This document shows positions 9,901 to 18,814 of a stretch of DNA of 41,048 nucleotides, piece by piece (position 1 is the stretch's first letter; every line of letters starts with the position of its first letter). Under the pieces are notes generated by a model. That model saw nothing but the letters and a program-made list of their open reading frames with translations, did not search any database and was not told where the DNA came from. The translations under genes and the position numbers were made by a program. Origin of the DNA: a virus (lineage: Duplodnaviria > Caudoviricetes); the IMG/VR virus record IMGVR_UViG_3300032301_000472, positions 1-41,048 of that record. One strand, written 5' to 3'.

Positions 9901-12900
9901 TGACCTTCCGTTTCGGTAGAACTTAGCCTTGCCAAGTACCTGACCGCCGCGCTCCTCGAGGAACTCAGCCATTACGCGTGGGTCTACGCCATCGAACTGC
10001 CTCTTAGTAGTGAATCCACCAGAAGAACGAATTGAGGAAATTGCCCTCCGAACCTGATCAATAGTTGGCTTTGCCAACTTATCGGCATCTCGATGTAGCC
10101 ACTGGTGTGGCTCCAACTGCTTTCGGAAAATATCCCAAATAAACCATTGCTTTTGTCCTCCAGACATCTTGTCCAGCCCAGTGTAAACGATTCTTTCTCC
10201 GTTATCTGCAATTCGTCCAACGGTTGACCACTGGTCTGCCATCATGCTAACGTACTTGTTCATGACCTTGAAAGAACTTCCCTCTAGCAAAGTAACTTTT
10301 GCAGATGTCGCCTTAGTAGTTGACCAGTTTGGCAGTGTTCCTACCGAGGCCTTGGTAAATGGGCTGGCGTTTGATCCATCAATAGTCTTTGGTCCCAAAG
10401 TTGACTCTGCTCCATTAGCGCTAGGACCATACACATTCTCCCCAGCCTTAATCCTTGGAATTAGAGACTCCAATTCGTCTGCGTATTTATTTGATTCCTT
10501 AGTGCCGATTTCTCGGAGTTCTTTGATGAGGTTACCATCAATACCATTGTCCATGGCCCATTTAAGAACACCACCAGACATCTGGGCATCGATAGCGCCG
10601 ACTGCTGCGTCTGATGCCCGCATCAACTCTACAGCAAACGATCCTACCTTAAGTTGCACGCCATTAAGAAGTGTCAACCTTTCGGCAAACTGGGTTAGGC
10701 TCTCGCCGTTTTTAATTAGGAAGAATTCAGGGTTTTCTTTTGCAAGAACTAGGACCCTTGCGGCGTCAGACAGGTGGGAGATGATACCAGTCACATCTCC
10801 ATCTTTTGCTCCCATGTCGAATCCAAAGTCCTCGGCAATCCTCTTGCCAAGTCGAGCAGATGCCCCAGCGTCGAGGTTTGGAAGATTCTTAACATCGTCG
10901 CCATACCTTGCAACAAATGCTGCTAGGTCATCCGCGTTACCAACTCGTAGCGCCTGGTATACGGCAGCATTTCCAGACAGATTACGACGAGGTGATAGTA
11001 GGGAAAACACAACCCTGTTCGCCACGGCAATTGGATCGGACATGTCAATGCTCTTTGAGGCAGTCATCTTTAGGTGCATTTTTACCCGAATGTCTCCAGG
11101 CAGGGCCTCAATGATTTCGTAAGGTTGCGAAGCGATAACGACCTCGTCAATGATATTGTACGGCGTTAGATCGTCGAGTGCGGCAGTCCCTCCAGGAAGA
11201 GCAAATGCCCCCTTGGCCGTCTCAACCGTTTCAACTGCCAACTGGCCACCAAGACCAGCAGCAACCATGCGCTGGGTTGGTTTAATCGATTTGGCAACTT
11301 CAAGGATCTCGGCAGGGGTCTTTGCGTCCCTGAATGCTGCCTTGGTCAACTCCGTTGTGCTGTAGAGTTCGTCAACGAGCGATACGGCAGCGTCTGCCTC
11401 GCTGAGTCCAGAAACGCCGTAGGTGTACTTGGCGTACCACTGGTTAGGCGTCAAACCCTCTCGGGCAGCGCTGGTAATCGCCATCTGGTCAAACAGTTTT
11501 CCGACGGCAATCGCTTCTTCCCCTGCGAGTTCTGGGAAGTATGCCTTTGCCACAGCCTCGTGTCGCCCAGCCGCAGCCTTCTCGATAGCAACAAGGCCAT
11601 CGGATTCCTTGGCACGCTCCAACGCAATCTCGCGCATCGAGCGACCGAACGCAGCCATGCGCCCAGTCTCAAGAAGATTCAGAAGGTCTCTGGTATTTCC
11701 AGCGTTCTTTGCCCACTGATTTCGTGCAATCTCTTGGGCCTTGTCGGCGGAAACCCTGAAGCCAAACTGCAACGTTCGGCTTAGGTAGTCGACAAACTGT
11801 GTCTCGTCTCCTGCAAAGCGGATGAGGTTCAACTTGTTTCGCTGGATGAGTTCAACGCCAGCGTCAACGGCATAGCGAAGGTTAGACTTACCAAGTGCCT
11901 CGGCGGCATTGACGTAGAAGTCTGGTCGAGCCTTCACGTCGATTCGGGACATAACATCGGTTAGTTCGCTATAAACCTTGGCCACAGCGTCGCTGCCATA
12001 GAATGCCTTAACGGTTGGGGTGTAGGCATTCTCCACAGCAGTGACAATCCGAGCCTGGTCTGCGCTGGAGTACCCAAGGTCAGTGAGGAAGTCCTTAATG
12101 GTTCTCTCGCTGCCGTACTGAACGGCAAGGAGCGAGTCGGCACCCTTCGATCCAGTTCCAATAGCGGCGTATAGGGTCTTGACAAGGTTCTGGCTAGAGG
12201 CACGCCAAACGTTGCGCTGCGTACTCACAAGTGTTTCGGCTACGGCTGCCTTGTTTGCGTTGACGGTGGTTAGGACGGCGTTTCCCAGTGCCTCATCTAC
12301 GTTCTGCTTTCCAGTGGTAGCGGTAAGTTCGTCAAGCATTGCAGTGGTTGCCTTGCCGCCGACGATTCGCTCTGGCTGCTGTGCAAGTTCCCTGCTCAGT
12401 CGACCGCCAGTTGCCTGTGACCACTTATCTGCAACCTTGCCCCAGGTTGCGGTGTACATCTTGCCAACCCAGTCGTACTTCTCAAGAAAAACTGCATCCT
12501 CTGCGAATCGAGTAGCATCTGCTCGTAGTTTGGCGCCAAGTTCCTTGTTTCCCAGTTTAAGTGCTGCGGAAGCATCTCGCTTGGCGATTTTGGCTGCGGC
12601 ATTAAGTCCATCTACTCCAGCGGCAGAAAGACGAGCAGCCTTGGCTCCAACAGTGAACGGCTTAGTGATCGGAACGATGTTAATTGGATCGAGCAACATG
12701 GTCCACAGGAAGTTAGCCAACGCATCTTGACTGTAGGCTCCCTTACTTGCTTCTCCAATACCGAACTGTCCGACATAGTCGGCGGCAATATCTTCTGCCG
12801 ACTCACCATCTTTATACCGACGAACCGCATCCTTAGGAGCATCCGACCATAGGAACGTTGCGATGTCCTTCTTGCCCATAACGGTAGACTTAATGCGGGC

Positions 12901-13341
12901 TTCCATAACTTTCTTCGCAAGTTCTTCGCCTGGAATGGTAAGCGCCTTGAGCGCACCCTGTAGCGGAAGCGTTGCCACATTGAAGGCAAAACCAGCGGCG
13001 TCATTTGCAGCCTTGCCGATTGGGCCAGAGGAAATTCCCTTGACGACCTGCCCCACGGTTGCGTCAGCAACCGCACCAACGGCTCCGATTACTGGCTTTG
13101 TAATAAGACCAGCAATTGGAATGTTCTCGACAACGCTGACCACAGCCTTGCCGACAGCCTGAATGCCACCAGCAAATCCTTCGGCAGTTCCGCCAAGGCT
13201 TTCCGCTGGTTTCGTAATGTCTAGGTTGAACTTGCCCATCGTGGACAGGTTTGATCCCGCTCCACCCAGCGGCCTTGTTGGGACGTCAGCCTGTGGGCCG
13301 ACCGAAGCCTGGGATGATGGTCCTAGACCTTTAATTGGCAT
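6901..13341 (-). CDS. Giant (2146 aa) internal virion/ejection protein, polyvalent-protein-like, with HEXXH metallopeptidase and putative HhH glycosylase-like domains
   Basis: Size and position between portal and scaffold; 'TAIHEIGH...EEKFA'; 'FSLLSP...LNGVQLKVGSF...AIDAQM...QWFIWD'. Confidence 0.7.
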   Translation of the reverse strand: MPIKGLGPSSQASVGPQADVPTRPLGGAGSNLSTMGKFNLDITKPAESLGGTAEGFAGGIQAVGKAVVSVVENIPIAGLITKPVIGAVGAVADATVGQVVKGISSGPIGKAANDAAGFAFNVATLPLQGALKALTIPGEELAKKVMEARIKSTVMGKKDIATFLWSDAPKDAVRRYKDGESAEDIAADYVGQFGIGEASKGAYSQDALANFLWTMLLDPINIVPITKPFTVGAKAARLSAAGVDGLNAAAKIAKRDASAALKLGNKELGAKLRADATRFAEDAVFLEKYDWVGKMYTATWGKVADKWSQATGGRLSRELAQQPERIVGGKATTAMLDELTATTGKQNVDEALGNAVLTTVNANKAAVAETLVSTQRNVWRASSQNLVKTLYAAIGTGSKGADSLLAVQYGSERTIKDFLTDLGYSSADQARIVTAVENAYTPTVKAFYGSDAVAKVYSELTDVMSRIDVKARPDFYVNAAEALGKSNLRYAVDAGVELIQRNKLNLIRFAGDETQFVDYLSRTLQFGFRVSADKAQEIARNQWAKNAGNTRDLLNLLETGRMAAFGRSMREIALERAKESDGLVAIEKAAAGRHEAVAKAYFPELAGEEAIAVGKLFDQMAITSAAREGLTPNQWYAKYTYGVSGLSEADAAVSLVDELYSTTELTKAAFRDAKTPAEILEVAKSIKPTQRMVAAGLGGQLAVETVETAKGAFALPGGTAALDDLTPYNIIDEVVIASQPYEIIEALPGDIRVKMHLKMTASKSIDMSDPIAVANRVVFSLLSPRRNLSGNAAVYQALRVGNADDLAAFVARYGDDVKNLPNLDAGASARLGKRIAEDFGFDMGAKDGDVTGIISHLSDAARVLVLAKENPEFFLIKNGESLTQFAERLTLLNGVQLKVGSFAVELMRASDAAVGAIDAQMSGGVLKWAMDNGIDGNLIKELREIGTKESNKYADELESLIPRIKAGENVYGPSANGAESTLGPKTIDGSNASPFTKASVGTLPNWSTTKATSAKVTLLEGSSFKVMNKYVSMMADQWSTVGRIADNGERIVYTGLDKMSGGQKQWFIWDIFRKQLEPHQWLHRDADKLAKPTIDQVRRAISSIRSSGGFTTKRQFDGVDPRVMAEFLEERGGQVLGKAKFYRNGRSAIELFKGADVTTAIHEIGHIGRRHLSDVDQQVVLEVYGAKGGWTTELEEKFAKDFTNYMYTGRAPTPGLVDLFSKIRQFMADLWSKVSKTEQIHPELRDVFDRMLSHNGPQPLPDADTWSRITLISERSLTQNARDAVLKRVGMILGETDGSETLRSVDDAAVDLTQRIDDGVVVRGDGATFNPIRNTVQVAGKDFGFMNSPFLSRSVVLKGADRERFLTDKAFQKEVLGKYLKSNEDLLSLDNHYIGLYDDAKIDTYYIDVSIKYDSVQEAIEAGTRAQQQSVFRLNDYGKYFLDTPLGRLGAERENAKITRSALDISPAEIEKLSKPRIGADQLESALRPIADELVEKYDDVAAVWWNKGGSAADIVDWVRNHPEITVRELTEAEARLLPDGFKARQADIALGGYRYGVAPKGGIIERTTRVSDGFGGTRIATSAQPFVDLLDTTAINKLDEVTAGVNKRRGFLDKFRDNMTREYGPDVVRTNYVERFVTDITKKTMITAREAEIILARVGNLAARKETTMRGLWFERDQVQTIFREVLGDAEYFKYIENNDPLTDLFTAAAGDVSVVGLLPGFSGRAKAWRPVMGAVTDRAFPLFRFGKGNPFFRQILEPIETRMMGLIDRIKADQVDEFLGDKPSKLVRRMTEDSRSVTNEIAESVFYDQEKAAVAAISAVREKPAFNNAVSRVLKAKGAIKDGVWAINNPEEYKLMIRDIMASEWAVNEMYDLLKKAMPETFEQFAEAGLTDGRTVMARILEDGMIQSSPEAFAAVLRRDAGPTIGLWGRALAESGIPESKAREIAAAAHGVFTDAMIRGTRRANKYQFFSSYRSWFERSINHPFLGIYPYSYMTQKAIPWMLKMMFAPKIAGHVRPGFGYINAMRLQEALIVDANTDRGFMTSVAEARPLWYALNIMVPATPTNLGFAAPYWLRKGVLEPAQRNQPLDFAQISQIPELIGETVIRGTVLGQGGALLGGVGAFGDAVENDLEDIQLDVNRFFNP

Positions 13342-16163
13342 TAACGACCTCCAGTACGGGTTGGCTTAATCGGTGCAGGTGTCTGGGCAATTAACGCACG
13401 TCTAGCCTCTGGGTCCTCAGCATTAAACGGCATAGCCGTTGCTGGGGTAATCGAAGTTGGAGCCAATGGCGTTGGCGCTGATGGAACGCTACCATACTTG
13501 TCATTCATTGGATTGGCGCTAATGCCAGTCCCGCTAGTTGAAGACAGGTTTGTTGGAGTTGTCGGCTTGTTCCTGAAGAAGTTGAAAACGTCGCCAATGA
13601 TGTTGAGTGTGTCGGAAGCAGCGCCCTGATTGAGGAACGCAGTCCCACCAAGACCAGCGGTAAGCGGATTCGCTTGGCCAGCGGCCATAGGCGTCGATGG
13701 CTTCGGGGCTGCAATTCGAATATCGACGACGTCTGGAAGTTCCCTTCCCTGATCGTCGATATTGTAGTCTCGACCAAACCCAAGAGCGTATCCACCAGCA
13801 CTGCCCCCTGGGCCAGTTGGCTGTCGCAACCTGTAGAGTCCTGGTTCTACCTCTTCGTAACGTGATGAATTTTCTCGAACAAGATTAAATTGTGCTACCT
13901 GAGTGCCACCAGTCTTTAGTTCTACAATCTGTGCCTGTAGACTGCGGATGTAGTTTGCATCTGCGCCCTGTCGCGTGGCGTTTCGTAGAAGAATCTGCGT
14001 GCTCTTAAGTTGCGCATCTTTGGCCAGCGTTTCAACCTGACCAATCTCGCTAACAATGTTGGCTCGGTCAACTGCTCCAAGAGTCTGCAACCACTCGGAG
14101 TTTTCCCCGACCAACGCATTAAGGTTATTGGCAACTTTGTACAATTCGCCAAACGACTTAGGATTTGCGCCATTGAGTGCCGAGTCGATGTCGATTGATG
14201 GTGCTGACTTTAGCGGCTGAACACCACCAGATGTTCCTCCCTCAACAAAGTAAACGCCTCCCTCTAGCAGCCTTGGCGGTTTGTCAAATGGGTTTTCGTC
14301 ATACGACTGACCAGTGGTAGAGACGTAAATAACCTTGCCGCTTTCCATCTGGTACTGGTATCCCCACGTTGTGGTTGCCGTGCCAGCAGCAGTCTGAATT
14401 GTACCACTTGCTTTAATAGACTGAATAACTGGAACCCTTTGCCCATTTGGCCCGTCAACGTACGTAATGACCGAAAGGTATCCGCCATCCTTGCTTGCAA
14501 TCTGAGTGTTGCCAAGGTTTCCACTTGGGCCAACAGCAATCGGGTCAGTTGTTACCTTAGTAACGGTACCAGTCTGTGGGTTCCTGGTGACTACCTGAAC
14601 TTTACGTCCGCTTACTAGATCATTGTAGTTCATCAATGTCTCTGGGATGCTGCCGTTGGAGTAGGTTGCGCCGAATGTCACTACGCCATCACCGCTAAAA
14701 CCAGCAGGCACCTGGAAGAAATCTTCTAGCGTCTGGTCTCCAGCGCCAAGAACGGTGCCAGCAATTCCCTTTTCGGTATTGGACAATGCCGTCCTAAAAG
14801 CAGTTCCGTATACGCCGTAGGTTGCAAGTTGCTGGTCAAGAACCTGTCGACCAGTAAGGCCTCGTTTCGGATCTCCCTGAAGTTGTCCATAGGCTGACTT
14901 ATCTCCAGCCAGGAACTTCTGCCATTCATTGGTTGCCCGTGCGATGGCAATGTCGTCACCAGAGGCTCCAGCCCGTTGGAGGTCTGATGCGTACTGGTTC
15001 ATACCCTCGGAGACATCGTCAACTAGGGTTCTGCTACCAATTGTTCGGGACAGGGTCTTGCTAAGTAATGCCCATGCTGCGTTATTCTTAGTAGGGTTTA
15101 GGCGATTGGCCGCAGCACCAGCAACTTCGATACTTCGTACTTCAACGTCCAGAATTCTGCGAATGTCGTCTGGGCTGTCAATGTCGTACTTTTCTGCAAG
15201 TTCTGGGTCAATCTGAGCAGTTCCATTCTCGATCATGGTAATCCAGGTCTCTAGTGCTCCTGGATTATTAGCAATGTCAGCGATTGAGTAGGTCTTTCCA
15301 GCAGCAATGTCCTCGGCAGTCAACTCTGCCCCCATAATGCCACTTGTCGACAAGGCCTCTGCGTATAGTTCCGCAAGAATGCCCTGTGACTTAAGTACCC
15401 TGTCAACCTGTGCCCCGCCAGCGGCGGCAGAACCAGATGCTCTGGTAGAAACAATGTCTGCGTCAATTCTGGTAAGAAGTTCTCCACCGATGCCCTCTGC
15501 GGACATTCGGCTCTTCATCTGATTTAGGAAGTTAACAAAGCCAGAGTAGGCGCCGCTCTTGTTTGCCTTGATTCGGTTCTGGTACTTGGTGTACTCGCCG
15601 TTGTACTCAGCGACGAATGCCGAATACTTCGCGTCGTTATACTCCTTCGAACCCTTGGTGAAGGACGAGTTGATTCCAGCATCAACCTGTGACCTGAAAT
15701 CATCAATCGTCAACTGGCCCATCTGCAACTGACTCGAGGCCTCATTGATGAAGTTATTTGTAACGTTCTTTCGTAGGTCTAGGTACTGCTGTGCAGTATT
15801 CCTGTCGTTAACAGTCTGGGCAGCGCCATTTAGGAAATCCATCAACTCAGAATAGTTTTTCCCACCGCTGCTGTTAAACTCAGCCAGAAGGTCATCGTAT
15901 TGGTACTTGATTCCAGTATCGTAGACGTTCTTCTTTCGGTCGTTCAACTGCTGGTACTCTAGAGATCCTTCAGAGTACCCAGAGGAGGCAGCCCAAGCGT
16001 CATAGAACGCCTGCACTTCTTCGGCAGTTACCTCGCGTCGCTGGAATCGCTGAAGCAGCAACTGCTCCTCTGCGCTCTTTCGCTCACGAAGCAAAGAGAT
16101 GATTAGGCTGCTAAGATTCTGTCCGCCAGCGTTTGGATTAGTGAATCGTCCTCGTCGTGCCAT
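13341..16163 (-). CDS. Large (940 aa) putative internal virion/ejection protein
   Basis: Helical N-terminal half, Gly/Thr-rich C-terminal half; translationally coupled to the portal and giant-protein genes. Confidence 0.55.
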   Translation of the reverse strand: MARRGRFTNPNAGGQNLSSLIISLLRERKSAEEQLLLQRFQRREVTAEEVQAFYDAWAASSGYSEGSLEYQQLNDRKKNVYDTGIKYQYDDLLAEFNSSGGKNYSELMDFLNGAAQTVNDRNTAQQYLDLRKNVTNNFINEASSQLQMGQLTIDDFRSQVDAGINSSFTKGSKEYNDAKYSAFVAEYNGEYTKYQNRIKANKSGAYSGFVNFLNQMKSRMSAEGIGGELLTRIDADIVSTRASGSAAAGGAQVDRVLKSQGILAELYAEALSTSGIMGAELTAEDIAAGKTYSIADIANNPGALETWITMIENGTAQIDPELAEKYDIDSPDDIRRILDVEVRSIEVAGAAANRLNPTKNNAAWALLSKTLSRTIGSRTLVDDVSEGMNQYASDLQRAGASGDDIAIARATNEWQKFLAGDKSAYGQLQGDPKRGLTGRQVLDQQLATYGVYGTAFRTALSNTEKGIAGTVLGAGDQTLEDFFQVPAGFSGDGVVTFGATYSNGSIPETLMNYNDLVSGRKVQVVTRNPQTGTVTKVTTDPIAVGPSGNLGNTQIASKDGGYLSVITYVDGPNGQRVPVIQSIKASGTIQTAAGTATTTWGYQYQMESGKVIYVSTTGQSYDENPFDKPPRLLEGGVYFVEGGTSGGVQPLKSAPSIDIDSALNGANPKSFGELYKVANNLNALVGENSEWLQTLGAVDRANIVSEIGQVETLAKDAQLKSTQILLRNATRQGADANYIRSLQAQIVELKTGGTQVAQFNLVRENSSRYEEVEPGLYRLRQPTGPGGSAGGYALGFGRDYNIDDQGRELPDVVDIRIAAPKPSTPMAAGQANPLTAGLGGTAFLNQGAASDTLNIIGDVFNFFRNKPTTPTNLSSTSGTGISANPMNDKYGSVPSAPTPLAPTSITPATAMPFNAEDPEARRALIAQTPAPIKPTRTGGR

Positions 16164-18814
16164 TAGGCGGGTACCTCATTGGTCCCCGTTGGTGCGGGGA
16201 GAAGATTCTGTTCACCAGGAGCCGCCGCGTTCGCTGGTAGCGACTCGGCTGGAGCCTGTGCCTGGTTCTCTGGCTGGTTGAGGGTCTGGCTACCAGGAAC
16301 TGGTGGATTCTGCGTGCGTGCAGCATTCTGTGCCTGGGCCATTTGGTTGCCAACGGCGCCCATTTCTGCCTGCATCTGCTGTTCCTGCATCTGCATCTGC
16401 TTCATCATGTTCATGACCTGAGCCATCGTGGCCACAGCGCTCGGGTTGAGCGTTGCGTCAGTCTGCTCATCACGGATAAGTTCCTTCTCGCCAACTGGAT
16501 CTTCCACGCCCACGCGATCCATGGCACGCTCAGCGCTCCAGATGCGGTTCTGTACAAGGTTGATCGCGGTGGAAGCAAGTTCGAGCGTATCTCGAGGAGT
16601 CAACTCAGGGGCAACGATCTCAATGCGGTATTCACCATCAATGATTTCCTTTACTGCTGGGTCCTTGACTTCCCAGATGCGTGCGCACATCTCCCATACC
16701 TGGCGCATCCAGGAGTAGAATACCTTGCGCTTAGGAGCAAGTCGTGCTTCGTAGTTAGCAATGAGCGCAGCGATGGCTCGGGATGAACCAAGCACTTGCG
16801 ATGGAGCCAGACCAAGGAGCAGGTCATTAAGACCCGTAGCAACTGCGAGTTCGCGGTCGATACGCCCAATGTACTGCTCGATCTGGAAGTTAGGAATGAA
16901 TGGCTGGATGGCGCGGAGTTCGTTGCCAGGGCCAGGTGTGGCAACGCGGCCAGGCTTTGGCAGCGCATTGGCAGGAACCTCGTCAGGCGCCTCGGCACCG
17001 ACCAACTGCCACATCTGTCCACCGACAACTGATTGGATCATCTGCGCCATAGCAGTGACCCGCTCATCCTTCTCACGAAGGAGTTGTTCGGCGTCGTAGA
17101 GGGCTGGCTTGCCGTATGGGCTTCCAGGAATCTTTCCGTTTGGAAGGTGAATGTACGGGATCTGTCCCTGGTACTCAGGGTGCGGATCATTCTTAACCAT
17201 CGTATTGCCGACAAAGATGGCGTTGTATACTAGCGGTGCCTTTCCAGGAGTCGTGGGTACTTTGTACCAATAGTCATACACCTCGACCTGCATCTGCTCA
17301 TAGGCAGATTCACGTCGAAGTGGGTTACGCTCAAAACTATTCATCCAGACGTTGCCGATTGGATCGTCGTGTGTTCCACGAGTCGTGTATGGGAAATATT
17401 TGTCACCCTGCTTTACAGGAATAACATCTACTCCGTAATCTTCCTGCACGGCCTGCGGTGACATTCCATAGGTGTAGATACCCCAGTCTAGACGGGTATA
17501 GTCACTTGTGCCGAATCCAAGGTAGAGGTTCTCTGGGCGCTCAATGATTGAGACCTTTGGCAGTTCGGCAACTGGATCCCAGTAGACCTTGGCTGCCGTG
17601 TGTCCGTACAACTCCTTGAGGAGTGCAGCATGCTCGTGGGTGAGATCCATGTCGTTGGCATCCCACCAGCGGAAGTAAAGTCGCTCTCGGAGTTGTGCAG
17701 TCTGTCGCTCCTCTGGCGTTGGGCCAGTGGCGATGTAGTTGATGACTGGGCGTACCGCCTGGATGGCAGCAGGGATCTGTACGTAGGCGTGGTGGATGTT
17801 GACCGAGACGTGGGCTCGGCCAGCAAGGCGTGCGCTTGGATCTTCTGCCCAGTGGTCTGCTCCGCCAAGGGTTAACGTCTCTGGGTGGTAGAGATTATCC
17901 ATACGTCGGAAAAGCGAACGGAGTCGATTCTGCTCTGGCTCAACCAACTGCTTGCGTCCAAGGATCTCCTGGAGTAGGAGAAGTTCCTCGTTCTCTCCTG
18001 GGTTCTCCGCTCGGCCAGCAAGCGAGGACTCGAGCATTTTAATGGAGTTCTTTTCTCCAAGGGTGAGTCGCTCGATGTTTGGCTTGATCTTGCGAATTAC
18101 TGGAGCCTTGCTAGTTGCATTCATTGATGCTGGAGAAGTTGCAATCTGGCCACCAGCGCTTTCCGCTCGTGTCGTATTAAGCAATTCTTTGAGTCTCGCT
18201 CGACTCGTTGGGCTATTTGGTGTCTTGACAGCAGGGGCACCAGGGCCGCCAGATACGTTAACCTTTGATGGAGAGGTAGCGATTGTTCCGCGAGTAGTCG
18301 TTCTATTTGGAGTTTGCTTTGCTGGCTTACCTGCGCCTCCGCTTACATTGCTGCCATTAAAATATTCTGCTGCTGCTCGAAGTCGATCAAGTGCATCGAC
18401 AACTCGGCTCTTTTTCGGAGCAGCATCTGTTGGCAGAGCGTTCTGGTTTGGCTTGCTATAGAGAGATTCATCTTCGCTGCCAGCAGCACCCTTGAGTCCA
18501 GCAGAGAACGCGGAGCCAGCGTCGACACTTGGCTTGCTTGTGGAGATAAGACCAGCAGGAGTTGTGCTGATCGGTGTTCCCTTGGTCTGGGGAAGATTTG
18601 GTTTACCACCAGTAAGTTTTGTCTTAATCGGAGCAGCATTTGATGCAGACGAGATGACGTTATTTCCCTTGGCAATATTTCGTGCCTTAGCGTTGGCAGC
18701 ACCAATAGAGGCAATCTGCTCAGGCGTGGCAATGTCAGGGTCAGTAGTATACTGCGCTGGGATTGCCCGCGTTCCTTCGAACGCTGCGGGGATCTTTCGT
18801 ACTTTCTTAGCCAT
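16163..18814 (-). CDS. Portal protein with ~260 aa low-complexity N-terminal extension
   Basis: Directly follows TerL; portal-like core ('LYGHTAAKVYWD', 'IPYIHLPN...SPYGKP', 'ATGLNDLLLG'); Gln/Pro-rich C-terminal tail. Confidence 0.8.
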   Translation of the reverse strand: MAKKVRKIPAAFEGTRAIPAQYTTDPDIATPEQIASIGAANAKARNIAKGNNVISSASNAAPIKTKLTGGKPNLPQTKGTPISTTPAGLISTSKPSVDAGSAFSAGLKGAAGSEDESLYSKPNQNALPTDAAPKKSRVVDALDRLRAAAEYFNGSNVSGGAGKPAKQTPNRTTTRGTIATSPSKVNVSGGPGAPAVKTPNSPTSRARLKELLNTTRAESAGGQIATSPASMNATSKAPVIRKIKPNIERLTLGEKNSIKMLESSLAGRAENPGENEELLLLQEILGRKQLVEPEQNRLRSLFRRMDNLYHPETLTLGGADHWAEDPSARLAGRAHVSVNIHHAYVQIPAAIQAVRPVINYIATGPTPEERQTAQLRERLYFRWWDANDMDLTHEHAALLKELYGHTAAKVYWDPVAELPKVSIIERPENLYLGFGTSDYTRLDWGIYTYGMSPQAVQEDYGVDVIPVKQGDKYFPYTTRGTHDDPIGNVWMNSFERNPLRRESAYEQMQVEVYDYWYKVPTTPGKAPLVYNAIFVGNTMVKNDPHPEYQGQIPYIHLPNGKIPGSPYGKPALYDAEQLLREKDERVTAMAQMIQSVVGGQMWQLVGAEAPDEVPANALPKPGRVATPGPGNELRAIQPFIPNFQIEQYIGRIDRELAVATGLNDLLLGLAPSQVLGSSRAIAALIANYEARLAPKRKVFYSWMRQVWEMCARIWEVKDPAVKEIIDGEYRIEIVAPELTPRDTLELASTAINLVQNRIWSAERAMDRVGVEDPVGEKELIRDEQTDATLNPSAVATMAQVMNMMKQMQMQEQQMQAEMGAVGNQMAQAQNAARTQNPPVPGSQTLNQPENQAQAPAESLPANAAAPGEQNLLPAPTGTNEVPA

